From the NCBI GenBank assembly GCA_951406725.2, contig OX597822.1, positions 10,292,001 to 10,356,000 on the forward strand: DNA of 64,000 nt. The letters are read 5' to 3'. This document shows positions 26,911-41,364 of the stretch, piece by piece (position 1 is the first letter of the stretch; the number at the start of each line of letters is the position of its first letter). This stretch comes from Octopus vulgaris. Its lineage: Eukaryota. The notes under the pieces were generated by a model. It had not been told where the DNA came from and searched no databases. It was given only the letters and a program-made list of their open reading frames with translations. The position numbers were made by a program, and so were the translations under genes.

Positions 26911-27422
26911 TAACCGTTAAGGTGTTGCATTCACGATCGCAATGGGGTATGGTATTGCTCTGCGATTACTCCGACATCTGTTGAATGACACATCGTGCAC
27001 ATATATAGGCAATGCCACTTTGAGGAGGAGAATGACTTAATGTGCCGCACATGCATTTGATCACTATAAACAAATCATCTGTAGAGGTCGTTCAGCCATA
27101 ATTTGCAGAACACTCATCAATTTCTTACGAAACGAGAGTTCATTGCTTGACCTACGCTGTCTCATCATTAGCAAGAAGAATGCTGTTGAGTATTACTAGG
27201 TTTGTCGAATGAATGGGTAGCGAAGTGACTAGTGACTCTGACTCCATGATAAACTTGTTTATAGAGGCCCTGAGTTCGGAAGCTGGCGGTGATGGTCGTT
27301 GGTTGGTTTAGTTTAATAGTTGTTGAGGTTGCTGCTATATTTTTACTCATAGGTCAACTCTGATCGAATGGATAACTGTAACAATACTCTGAACATGTGT
27401 ATCTGGACATGTGTATATCTAT

Positions 27423-27519
<97 letters not shown>

Positions 27520-28787
27520 GGTCTTCCTGTCTGCCTGTCTGTATGTCTGTGTGTACGTGTGTCTGGCGATCTACTTGTCGATCTCTCTGTCTCTCTATCT
27601 ATCAATGCATCTATGTATCTATCTGTCAGTCTGTCTGTCTGTCAGCCTTCCTAGCTGTCTATCTGTCTGTCCGTCTCTCTGTCTACAACGACTGATAGTC
27701 TGGATTTATTTTACCCCCTGCTAAATTTTGTAAGGTATAAGGTATCTAATTATATTATCCAATGTCACTTTGCTATTTTAAGTTAACAAGGATGGAGTTT
27801 TAGAGGGATTCGACTGCTCTTTCTAACAGCTCAATCAAGTGGATTCGTAACTGGTTCATTGAATGTATGTGTAAAATTTGTGTATATGAAAGCGTGTAAG
27901 AGTGATTATATGCATGTTTGCATATGAATATGTTGGTATCTGTATATATGTATGTGTGTGTGTATGTGTGCGTGATTGTGTTTATGTGTCTGTGTATGTG
28001 TGTGTATTTATATATATATGTCTGCGTTTGTATGTATGAGTAAAGGCCATGTATACGATGCTTCATGTATGCGTGTTAGTTTGGACATGTGCGTATGTAT
28101 TCGTATGCGTATATATGCGTGTGTGTACGTATATATGTGCATGAGCATGTGTTTGTCAGCATGAGCGTATGCGTGTGTTTGTATGTATGTATGTATGTAT
28201 GTATGTATGTATGTATGTATGTATGTATGTATGTGCGTGTTTGCAGAGGCGCATACTTGTGTATATGTTTGCATGTATGCATATGCGCGTCTGTGTATGT
28301 GTGTGTGCGTGTGTGTGTATGTGTGTGTGCGCGTGCGTGTCTAGTGATAACTTGTGGTTGTTGTGGATTCAGTGAGGCGAAGTTAACATTAAAGCACCAT
28401 TAGTCAGTAAATACTGAATACTAATCAACGAAAAGTCATAATTAGTGACTGATGAAGCGTGTAAGTGAGACAGATAGAAAGGGTGATAGAATGATGAAGA
28501 AAGGCCAAGAGAAAAGGGTGAGCAAGGGACTAGATGAGCAAAGGAGAAAGAGAGAGAGAGAGAGAGTGGGAATGAACGATAAAGAAATACAATAGAGAGC
28601 TCTGTGCGGGGGTGGGGTGGGTTTTGGTGGTGGAGGAGGCTTAATTTCTGAAACTACAAGCAGATAATTAACACTGACAGAGTTGATAAGATGCTTTCTG
28701 ACGGGATTAGATGAAGAGGATGGTGGTGGTTGTGGTGGGGGTGTGGAGTGAGGGGAGGGTGGGTGGGTGGGACGTCAAAGGGGAATG

Positions 28788-28820
<33 letters not shown>

Positions 28821-29001
28821 TAATAATGATAATAATAGTAATGATGATGATGATAATGATAATCACAACAACAATTATATGAATATGGTAATGCACAAAA
28901 ACATAATGATTAGAATGATGTCGACGACAATGATGACGACGATGATGACCGGCGACGAGGACGGTGATGATGACACGATGGTGGTGTTGATGTTGATGAT
29001 G

Positions 29002-29033
<32 letters not shown>

Positions 29034-29173
29034 GATGATGATGATAAAGATGAATACCATGACAATTATGATTTAACTCCCGTGCTGCTTTGCACTGATC
29101 GTCAGGCTTACTGTCTTCAGTCAATATTATAACATTCCCCTACGACACACAGACACATATACACACGGATATA

Positions 29174-29224
<51 letters not shown>

Positions 29225-29867
29225 TCAAACATACTTACACATACGTACAACTCCATGCACATAAACGTATTCGCATATACAGGTACACAAACACTTTTGC
29301 AGATATCAACAATGTGCAGGCACTGATTTCTATTAAGTTTAGCAATGTTATCAAAGATTTTTCTCTAATCAATAATGAATCTAAGAAAATTCTAACACTA
29401 AGAGAATTTGGTCTCAAGAGAATCTGGTCCTTACGAGATGGTCGTCGCTAAGAGATTTTGCTTTCTAAAGGTTGGGCTGCGAAAATTTGCTTTGAGTTTC
29501 CAAGAACGTCTTTTCTGAGGTTACCGCCTTGTTTTCAATCATTAATACACTTTAGGGTGAGAACTCTAATCCATTGGGCTCAAAAGACCCCACCGAAGAC
29601 GTTATCATTATGCCTTTGTTATTGTCGCTGTTGTTGTTGCTTATAAAGTTCATCCTTCATTTAGCGGGCAATATATTTCACAGCTTTTTCAACTATGACT
29701 ACTGCGTTTCCACTTTGTTTTATTCATCATGGGCTACGTTGTTCAATGTCTCTTCCTTAATTTGTGAGAGTTGATGGGCATTCGATAGTTATATTTGGTA
29801 TATCCAGGTACCACGTAAAAGCTTTCTGGTTAGTTTTTCCTTACGGAAACACTATAGCCACGACAAG

Positions 29868-30335
29868 TGGCAAGCTGGCAGAAACGTTAGCACGCCGGGC
29901 AAAATGCGTAGCCGTATTTCGTCTGCCGCTACGTTCTGAGTTCAAATTCCGCCGAGGTCGACTTTGCCTTTCATCCTTTCGGGGTCTATAAATTAAGTAT
30001 CAGTTACGTACTGGTGTCGATGTAATCGACTTAATCCCTTTGTCTGTTCTTGTTTGTCCCTTCTGTGTCCCCTTGTGGGCAATAAAGAAATAGGAAACAC
30101 TATAGCCACAGTTACGGACATGAAATTAACATTCACTGAGAAGCGAGCAAAATACGGCAACAGGTTTAAAATAATGGGGGAGGGGGCTAATCGATTACAT
30201 CGACCCCAGCACTTGACTGATACCTATTTTATCGGTTCTGCCACGACGGCATTTGAACTTAGAACATGAAGACAGAGAAAATGCAGCTAATCATTTTGTC
30301 CGGCATGTTAACGATTATCTCGGCTCGCAACCTTA
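29868..30335. mobile_element. Two SINE family B copies (29868-30092 +, about 30170-30335 -); others near 15930, 34150-34350, 45455-45620, 46110-46325, 56850-57050
   Basis: Full head, body and tail in the first copy; diverged reverse copy next to it. Confidence 0.8.
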
Positions 30336-30651
30336 AATGACAAGACTAATAATGCCTGAAGTTACTGATCCTAACCAGAATATTTAGACCGCTTTGGTTT
30401 ACGTATTCATCTGTAATTAAAGTACGAACAGTTGGAAGAAGAGACATCCGGGGTTCTCGGTTGTTGCCTCTTGCTTAAAGACATCTGGAAGGCACACCAA
30501 TGCCTGTTGATCACATTCACTCCAGTACTTCAATAATGTCAACACCACAATGACACAACGGAATTCATTTTTATTTGTGGCTTGTTTATGTAGATTGTGT
30601 GTCCGTTTTAACGTTGTCCTTAGTTATAAGTATTGATTCATTATCAATCTT

Positions 30652-31033
30652 ATGGAAGCACTCCGTCGGTTACGACGACGAGGGTTCCGGTTGATCCGAT
30701 CAACAGAACAGCCTACTCGTGAAATTAACGTTTAAGTGGCTGAGAACTCCACAGACACGTGTACCCTTAACGTAGTTCTCGGGGATATTCAGCGTGACAC
30801 AGAGAGTGACAAGGCCGGCCCTTTGAAATACAGGTACAACAGAAACAGGAAGTAAGAGTGAGAGAAAGTTGAGGCGAAAGAGTACAGCAGGGATCACCAC
30901 CATCTCTGCCGGAGCCGCGTGGACCTTTAGTGGTTTTCGCTCAATAAATACTCACAACGCCCGGTCTGGGAATCGAAACCGCGATCCTACGACCGTGAGT
31001 CTGCTGCCCTAACCACTGGGCCATTGCGCCTCC
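30652..31033 (-). mobile_element. tRNA-derived SINE family C, full length
   Basis: Minus strand starts GGAGGCGCAATGGCCCAGTGGTTAGGGCAGCAGACTCACGGTCGTAGGATCGCGGTTTCGATTCCCAGACC (A-box and B-box tRNA-like head) followed by a ~310 bp body; second copy at 48716-49062. Confidence 0.85.
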
Positions 31034-32524
31034 TCATTATCAATCATTAACGTTGTGTAATGTGATGAAATGCATTGCCAGTTCTCCTTGATGTAAATGC
31101 TTATTGACCTCGATGGGTCTTGAACTCAAAACGTAACTTAATTATTCTACCAAATTTGCAAGACGAATAATGGAAAAGAAACGGTTTAAACAGGAAGAGA
31201 ATTTATTTCAGGCCCAGTATTCCAGTACCTTCTCAATATGTTTTCACCTATGCTTTTTGAATAACGGAAAGTTAAATGTTGACATATATGAATTAACAAT
31301 TGTTTTTAACGAGTCAAAAGTTGGCCGCATGAACTTCTTGCGTAACTGATATGGCTGATGCCCAACTTGAACATCATTTCTAAGATAGTCACCTGCAAGT
31401 AAAAACTGTGCAATAGTAAGAATTGCGATAATTATGGTGTGTGATCCGTATGTCTAAAATAGGATCAAATGCTCTATATTTCACATAATTACAAATTCAA
31501 CAGGCTGATATACCTTTTGTATCTGGAGCGTCATTTTGAAAGCAAAACTTTTTGAACATTATGATTTCTAGCAAACTCTTTAAATATTTATCACTTTTTT
31601 AGAAAGCCATCTTTATAGTTTATTTCATTACCGATTTTATAAGTTTAGTTATGTCGCTTAATTAGCTACTGGTCATCGTAATCTATGGCCAAATTTTCTC
31701 TGACGTGCTATATCATTAAATTTTCAACACTATTAACTGATATATTTCTATTTTGATCATCAACATTTTTTTTCAATGAGGCTCGAGATCGCTTGATACG
31801 GAAACACTTTCGTACAATTCTAGAACTCTCGGATCATACACACACACACACAGAACCATGCACACACATACACACACACACATACACACACACACACACA
31901 CATACACTCACTATCACTAATACAAGCAATGACACACACTTGCATACGCATACATATATGTTTAAAGATATATAAATAAGTGTGTGCGTTTCACTACAAA
32001 CAAAACACGAAGCGCATTGTAACAAACCAAAACAAACATAATATGTTGCAAAAATAAATAATAATGTCTTAGAAACAAGGGTTGCAAGAAGACGCTTATA
32101 CCCATGGTTCATTTTGTTGGGGCATAAAAGCGCTCTGCACATCCGTCTGAACAGCTTCATTTTCTAATCAAACGTGTGTAGAAACATTCTTGAAGAGATT
32201 TGAAGCATTCTTTACCATTATTGGATTAATCCGAATTAATTAATTTACAAATATAAAAATAATAATTACTATTGTACCCGTTTTGGCTTTGATATTAAGA
32301 TTGAAAAAATTAACATTGTTTATAAAAAAATGTGGATGTACCCGTAAGAAGATATGGTTGGATTATACTAATGCAATAATGAATGTAATATATGTAAAAT
32401 TCAACAATTACCAGATGATAATGATGCGCAGAATCACTTGTAATAATGTCTAATAAAATCTGTTGATTCCATCTATTCATATTTCAATATTTCAAGGCTA
32501 TCAACTATATAAATCTCTGTATGT

Positions 32525-32742
32525 ATATCTATCTATCTATCTATCTATCCGCTCAGTCGAAGTCGACTCTCGGTTACTCGTTGGATCAGTGTCCTCCAGT
32601 CAGTTCTATCCTGGGCCGCTTCTTTCAGATTGGCTATATCCATTCCTGTATCACTCTTGATGTTGTCAAGCCAACGGGTTCTTGGTCGGCCTCTCCCTCT
32701 CTTGCCCCTGACCATGATGTCCTTCTCCAGGGATTTTTCCGC

Positions 32743-32743
<1 letters not shown>
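32525..32743 (-). mobile_element. RTE-clade LINE 3' end with (GATA)n tail
   Basis: SLEKDIMVRGKRGRGRPRTRWLDNIK...AAQDRTDWRTLIQRVTESRLRLSG*, a typical RTE/BovB-like ORF terminus, running straight into (GATA)n. Confidence 0.88.
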
Positions 32744-32782
<39 letters not shown>

Positions 32783-32785
<3 letters not shown>

Positions 32786-32934
32786 TTTATTTTAAGCAGC
32801 AGAGAATTCAAAAAATTCAACAAAATTCAACAAAATTCAACAAAATTCTGCTGCTTAAAATAAAGCATATTACTCTACCACTGGTACTTGAGTACTCTTT
32901 TTTCCACCTTGTTTCACATTTATGTGTTTACTCC

Positions 32935-32938
<4 letters not shown>
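32783..32938 (+). repeat. Short hairpin-headed repeat in (TA)n; second copy at about 38335-38485
   Basis: Both copies carry a fold-back (AAGCAGC...CTGCTGCTT) then ACTCTACC.CTGGTA.TTGAGTAC...TTCCACCTTGTTTCACATTT..ACTCCGGTATA. Confidence 0.8.
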
Positions 32939-32971
<33 letters not shown>

Positions 32972-33028
32972 CGTTTTTGGATTTGATTTGCAAGATTCTT
33001 TATGTGCGTTAGTGTGTTGAAGCATATT

Positions 33029-33296
33029 CTGTTGTGTCTGGGTAGACTATTCTCTTTTGGTGCCTTATAATTTAACACACTCACGTATAAATTTTTCGCA
33101 TATTGTTTTATAATTTTTCTAAAAATTTCGTTACGTCTTGCAACCTTTTCAATAATTTCGACTCGAAACTTTTGAAAAGGCTGCAAGTCGCACGAAAATT
33201 ATATAAAAATAATGAAAAGAAATAAGTGAAAATTTTACTGGTGAGCGTGTTAAATTATAAGGCACCGCAAGAGAATACTCTACCCAGACACAACAG
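33029..33296. repeat. Imperfect fold-back repeat with ~125 bp arms; related sequence at about 12950-13035
   Basis: CTGTTGTGTCTGGGTAGA...GGTGCCTTATAATTTAACAC...CTTGCAACCTTTTCAA versus TTGAAAAGGCTGCAAG...GTGTTAAATTATAAGGCACC...TCTACCCAGACACAACAG. Confidence 0.85.
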
Positions 33297-33984
33297 TATA
33301 TATATATATGTATAAATGTTTATATATATATATATATATGTATATCTATATGCATGTATATGTATGTATATATGTATGTATATATGTATATATATATATG
33401 TATATATATGAATATGTGTATATGTATATGTATATATAGATATATAGATATATATTTGTATATATGTATATATATATATATACATCTATATGTATATATA
33501 TTCATATATATGTATATATATATGTATATACATATGTATATATGTGTATAATATATATGAGTATGTATATATGTGTATATATATATGTTTATATATATGA
33601 GTGTATGTATATGTATATATAAATGTGTATATGTATATGTATGTGTATATATATGTGCATAAATATATGTACATATATATGTAAATATATATACACACAC
33701 TCATATATATGTACATATATACACACATATATATGCACATATATATATACACATACATATATACATATATATGCATACACATACATATGTGTATATACAT
33801 ATATATATGTATATATATTTATGTATATACATATATATATATATATACATATATGTATATATATATACATATACATGTATATATATATATATATAAATAT
33901 TTATACCCACACACAAACATATATATATATATGCGTGTGTGTGTATTATGTTATATATACACAAGCTCACACGCTCATACGCAT

Positions 33985-34054
<70 letters not shown>

Positions 34055-34512
34055 TGTATGTATGTATGTGTGTGTGTATATACACTGAGAGAAGGGGAGA
34101 GACATAAAGAGAGAGATATATAAATATGAAATGGTAGATAGTAAAGGATACGAAAGGCGACATTCATGTTCCTTTCGCCGGACAAAATGCCTCGCATTAT
34201 TTCATCCATCCTTACGTTCTGAGTTCAAATACTGCCAGGAGCGCCCTTGAGTTTTATATTTTCGAGGTCGATGAAATAAGTACCAGTTACGCACATGGGG
34301 ATTGTGATGTAATCGACCGACCCCTCCCCGAAAATTACAGGCCTTGTAACTATAATGCACATACATAAACGCACGTATATATATATATATTCATACATAT
34401 ACAGTTACATATTTATATCCATATATATATACGTATATACGCAAATATATATACATATATATGTGTGTGTGTGTGATTGTGTGTGCATATATATATATAT
34501 ATATATTGTGCA

Positions 34513-34550
<38 letters not shown>

Positions 34551-34712
34551 CACACAAACAAGTATTTGTATGCAAATATATGTAGATAAATAGACAGACA
34601 GACGTGAATATATTTAAAAAAATAAATGTATGTATATATATATATATATATATATACACATTTAATATATAAATCCAATTATTTAGTATGTGTATCTCTG
34701 TACCTGTATATA

Positions 34713-34810
<98 letters not shown>

Positions 34811-34863
34811 TTTTAATATATAAATTCAATTCTACAATACGTGTATCCCTGTACCTGTATATA

Positions 34864-34924
<61 letters not shown>

Positions 34925-35360
34925 ATATATATATCCACGTTTTAAAACTAATAAAATACACTGATTAAGAGAGAGTAGACAACACAGAGACACTGGTTTA
35001 GATACACACAGACAGAAGTTAAAGGTAAAATAAAAAATAAAAAAAAACATGAATTAAATGTGAAAAAAAAAAAAGGTACAAGATTAAATTCAAACAAAAA
35101 GAGAAGCAGAATGTGCAGCAGAGAAACAGAGGAAGAGAAGCGGATAGAAGCGCTAGATTTTGGAAAGTATAGTGGTGCCACATAAGCAGGTGCATACGTT
35201 GAATATAGCAGTTGTCTGAGAAATGTCTGAGACAGTGCAGTTGTCAACGGTCTCCATTAATCCGACGTTTACTTACGACTATGTCTAGATTGCTTGTCAA
35301 ACCAGTGTTTACGTAAATCCCTGCACATGGCGTCCACCTATACACATGTTTGTGTACGTA

Positions 35361-35431
<71 letters not shown>

Positions 35432-36711
35432 GTGTGTGTGTGTGTGTATATGTATATGTGTATATACAGATATATTTATGTATACAAATCAGTGTGTGTG
35501 TGCGTTTGTGAAAACTGCCTGTTTATTGACAGATAAGTAGCTCTATGCACATACTAGTGCATCTATGTATGTGTATGTATGCATGTTTGTATGTATGTCC
35601 ATATATACATACCTATATATGTATATCAATTTATTTATACATAAATATAAATGTACGTATATGCATACTCTCAAATACACACATTGTGTGAATGTTTCTT
35701 TGCAAGTATATACATGCATATATATATATATATATATATATATACGTATATATATATGTATATATATATATATTTATATATATATATATATATATAAATG
35801 TAAATCAAAATATATGAGTTAAAGAAAAAAGATTTAGATATATGTGTATGTGTGGGTGGGTGTGTGTGTGCGTGCGTATGTGTGTGTTTGCGCAAACAGA
35901 CACCATGCATGTATTTATGTATTTACGTTTGGTTGTGGGTGTATGAATATATGTATACACATACATATATATATATATATACTTATAGATATATGTATGT
36001 AAGTGTATGAATCTGCATATTGCATGATCGTACGTATGTATATATTTATGTTGAAACTTACATGTACACGCGTATAAACTGACAACTGACTCCCACATAC
36101 TTAAAATGACTCATAGACATACGGACTCGATGCTGCAGCAGAATCGTGGCAGCGATGGTTAAAAAATAAAACTAATTTGAAAGTTCTATAAAAGAACACA
36201 GAATTCTATAAATTAACTGAAAACACGTTTATTGCTCGAGCAAAATTGTCAGGGCTTTGGACAAATGTGTTAATTACATTAGGTAATATTCTGAGTACAA
36301 ATCCAGCTTCAAACAATATCTCCTTTCGTCTTTCTGGGTGTTTAGCAAAATAAAATTAGGAAAAGTTCACGTCCTAGGATTAATTTTATATTTCTTTAGA
36401 GCGTCCTTGATGTCCATAGGTTTAAAATTAGTAGATGAAGGTGCCAGATGATACTGGAACACCGAATATAAATTTATATTGAGGGAATTATTACCGTTAC
36501 CATGTTGATGTCGATTTAACACACATGCAGTGTTGTAGTAGTTGCATAATTAAATATTTAAATGTCTATTTCATTTCATTTTCTACTTACATTTCTAGGT
36601 TAAATTCTCAGCAGACTTCACAGTGATTATAATATATATATAATATATATATATATATGCATGTATGTATGTATATATGCATGTATGTATGTATGCATGT
36701 ATGTATGTATG

Positions 36712-36761
<50 letters not shown>

Positions 36762-36965
36762 CATACATGCATGCATACACACATACACTCATATATGTAT
36801 ACAGGAACAAGCGTGGTAGTTGCTGACATATTTGCTTTCCTACCACATGGTTCTGGGTTCAGTCCCACTGCGTGGCACCTAGAACATTTGTCTATTACTC
36901 GGGTCCACAAAAAACTGCTAAGTCAATCGGGTATACAGTACCTGAAACAATCCTCCATACACACA

Positions 36966-36997
<32 letters not shown>

Positions 36998-37000
36998 AAT

Positions 37001-37031
<31 letters not shown>

Positions 37032-37303
37032 CATATATATATAAGTGTGTGTGTGTCTATGTATGTATGCATGTCTGCATGTATGTAAGTAATATTTTGG
37101 ACTAATGAGTATATGGCAATTAATGTGTTGATGTGTTGACTAAAGAACTGAGACAAAATTTAGGCTACCTGGTGTCGTACAAAATGATGACTAGTTACTA
37201 AATTCATACTCTGTTTACTTAATCACTTATTATTGTTATCATCATCATCATCATCATCATCATCCTCATCATCATCATCATTTTAATTTTTTTAAAATTG
37301 TCA

Positions 37304-37364
<61 letters not shown>

Positions 37365-37392
37365 CATCATCATCATCATCATTATTATTATT

Positions 37393-37425
<33 letters not shown>

Positions 37426-37800
37426 TCCGTAGAGCGCATACTTCTTATTCCTTAAGAAGTATATTGTTATGTTTGTATAATAAAAATATGAGTCCAATTT
37501 ATGATACGCCTTTTATTTTTTTTTAACTGTAAATAAATCGGCTTGAATGAATATTATATATACATAATTAGCAAATATTTTATACAATATATGAATGTAG
37601 TTTTATATTATGTATTCATCATAGGTATAAAATTGTCTTATGAAGTGCAGCCATGCACACACACACACACGCGTGTTGATCCACAAAATCGAAACCACGG
37701 CCTCCTCATCGTGAGCCTAACGCCATGAAAAGTAGAGGACAACGATATTACAAATAAGCACACACACGCGCGTGAACACATATTTGTACGTAGATGCATA

Positions 37801-37833
<33 letters not shown>

Positions 37834-37851
37834 GCGCGCACGCACACGCAC

Positions 37852-37883
<32 letters not shown>

Positions 37884-38033
37884 GAATTTATAGCAAAATA
37901 ATATGTGTAGGTATGTATGTATGTATGCGTGTATGCTCGTACATGTATGTGTATATATATATATGTGTGTATATGTATTTAAATATAGACACACATATGT
38001 ATACAGAGAATGAGAGAGAATGTACACATTAAG

Positions 38034-38083
<50 letters not shown>

Positions 38084-38087
38084 TATA

Positions 38088-38132
<45 letters not shown>

Positions 38133-38265
38133 ATATATCCTGATGATTTCTTTTGAATGAAACACTTCTAGTCCTGTAGAAGCTCCTTCTATAAAATAAA
38201 TTAATTTACTCTACTATGTATTGAGTACGTTATTTACTGTGGTTAACCCCGACTCAACCCGGAAC

Positions 38266-38324
<59 letters not shown>

Positions 38325-38495
38325 GTACATTATGGAAAAGCAGCGGAAATATAACAAAAGCTGAAACTCTGAGTAACAGCTTTGTTATATTCCTGCTGCT
38401 TTTACATAAAGTATAATACTCTACCTCTGGTATTTGAGTACCCCTTTTTTCCACCTTGTTTCACATTTATGTGCTTACTCCGGTATATATGTATA

Positions 38496-38543
<48 letters not shown>

Positions 38544-38654
38544 CATATTTAAGTAGGTGAATGAATTATCCTATGTTTATCATCAGCACGGAAAATTCGT
38601 TTAACCGAAACCTGGAATTTTGTTAACATCTTCGTTCGACTCCATTCTTTCATT

Positions 38655-38734
<80 letters not shown>

Positions 38735-38756
38735 TGTATACATTTTGTGTGTGTGT

Positions 38757-38815
<59 letters not shown>

Positions 38816-39408
38816 CACGAACACGATAGCTTGGTGTGTGCATGATTTTCAATGTAGAAAACTCTGAAAGCATCTGTGAAACTATTTGAGAAAATATAAC
38901 TAGATCTTGCATTCAGTTCTTACGACATACGAAACATGTAGAAAGGAAATAAAGATACATCCTGATTATAGGATAACCCAATAATAACAACAGCAATCCA
39001 ATCTACCTCACAACTCACAAACATGATAACAACAATAACAACACTAACAACATTACTCTCTATTTCTTCATTTTCATTTGTTTAGTGAAAATTTTAATTA
39101 AATTGCAGAAGTGCAGTATTCTAAGTATTTACAACAACTCTGAAATATTTCACTAGTTGTATCATCATTGATTAGTGTGTGTGTGTGTGTGTGCATGCGT
39201 ATATGTGTACGTGTGTATGTCTCTCTGTGTGTGCGTCACATCTTCAACAAGAACCTCCACTATTCAATCATTTAAGTAAGAACACGTTTGGGAATTGTAG
39301 AGCTTATATTGTGTATCTGTGTGTGCAGCATTTTAATTAATATTTGGCACAGGAATAGAAAACACATCTGTTATTCCCTTCATTAGATACGTACGTGTGT
39401 ATATAAGC

Positions 39409-39440
<32 letters not shown>

Positions 39441-39974
39441 GCACATATGTGTATGTGTGTGCTTATATCCTAATATATGTATACGTTCAGGTATACCATT
39501 TTCCTCATTGTATGTATGTCTTTATAGGTATGCATGGCAATACACACACACACACACACACACAAACTCACACATGCACGCGCGGGCGCACACACACATC
39601 CACACACACCCACACATATATATAAATCTTCTTTTCTTCCTTTCCTCTTTCAATTGTCTGAGTTATTTGTTGCAGCCATGTTTTTATTCGAAGAAATCGA
39701 CCCCAGGACTCATTCTTTGTAAGGCTTAGTGCTTAGTCTATCGGCTTCTTTTGGCGAACGACTAAGTTACGAGGATGAAAACACACTAACATCGGATGTC
39801 AAGTGATGATGAGCCCGAGGACATAGGATAAGACAGTTGCTCAATGTGCCACGCAAGGGGAGTGAACCCGAAATCAAATGGCTGGGAAGCAAGCTTCTTA
39901 AATATATATAAATATTTTACATAAACATATGTATACACACACACAGACATACACACACACACATATATACTATG

Positions 39975-40084
<110 letters not shown>

Positions 40085-40124
40085 TTTACGTATCACTCTC
40101 GCTATTTATTTATTTATCTATCTA

Positions 40125-40162
<38 letters not shown>

Positions 40163-40320
40163 CAAAATGGGACAAGAACGCAAAACATCCAGATAGACGA
40201 TACAAAAGCACGGACGGGTCATTCGAAGCATTTAATCTTCAGTCAAGAACCGGATCATCCCCTCAATTTCGGCTATATATATGTGTGTATTTATGTATCT
40301 ATGTATATATGTGTATATAC

Positions 40321-40393
<73 letters not shown>

Positions 40394-40425
40394 TATATAT
40401 GCATATATATGCATATATATATATG

Positions 40426-40525
<100 letters not shown>

Positions 40526-40689
40526 TATATATATATATGTATATATATACACGTATATATATGTATACATATATGTGTGTGTATGTATATGAATATATGT
40601 ATATACACGCATATACACGCATATATACAAGAATATATATATATATATTAGATATATGTATACATTTATTATATACTTTCTTTTTCTTT

Positions 40690-40907
40690 TTTATTTGTTA
40701 GAGTTATTCGACTGTGGCCATGCTAGAGCACCGTCTTCAGGAGAACAAATTGAGTCCACGAGTTATTCTTTGTAAGCCTAGTACTTATTTTATCGGTCAC
40801 TTTTGCCGAATCGCTAAGTTACACGGACGTAAACACACCAACTTCAATTGTCAAATGATGGTGGGGATGACAGAAACACAGACACACGAACATATATACA
40901 TACGTAT

Positions 40908-40943
<36 letters not shown>

Positions 40944-41105
40944 GACAGGCTTCCTTCGGTTTCCTTCCACCAAATCCACTTACAAGATTTCGGTCGGCTC
41001 GAGATTATGTTAGAAGACACTTGCCCTAAGGCACTACGCAGTGGTCCTGAGCCCAGAACCATGAGGTTGCGATGCAAGCTCCTTATCACACAATCATACC
41101 TGCGC
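40690..41105 (-). mobile_element. SINE family A; further partial copies near 2595-2765, 20555-20760, 36800-36910, 39650-39900 and 52230-52500
   Basis: Shared motifs AAGCCTAGTACTTATT, TTTTGCCGAA.CGCTAAGTTAC, AGAAGACACTTGCCC.AGG. Confidence 0.75.
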
Positions 41106-41325
41106 TTATATACATATATGTATATATATATATATATTTATATAACATAAGGGACTAAAGCCATCTGAATATGGCTAGGGACAGGGCAGGGTGGTGGGGG
41201 TATCGAGCAGTTACTGTCTATATCCTTTTAAGAATTATTATTGCTATATTTATATATATATATATATATTATATATAATATAACATAATTATCATATATA
41301 TATACATTCACATACACACACACAC

Positions 41326-41364
<39 letters not shown>

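Noticed and set aside
28654-29124. His-rich minus-strand ORF (MTEDSKPDDQ...HHHH) as a possible Pitx N-terminal exon
   Set aside because: It is driven by (GAT)n/(AAT)n repeats, runs into poly-Ile, and would lie downstream of the missing helix 1-2 exon in transcript order.
30960-31033. tRNA-like sequence on the minus strand
   Set aside because: It is the head of SINE C: it continues into a repeat body seen twice and lacks a proper acceptor stem.
40215-40275. CUGAAGA motif on the minus strand; similar lone CUGANGA at about 2918, 20845, 26218 and 38580
   Set aside because: No correctly placed GAAA with pairing stems.
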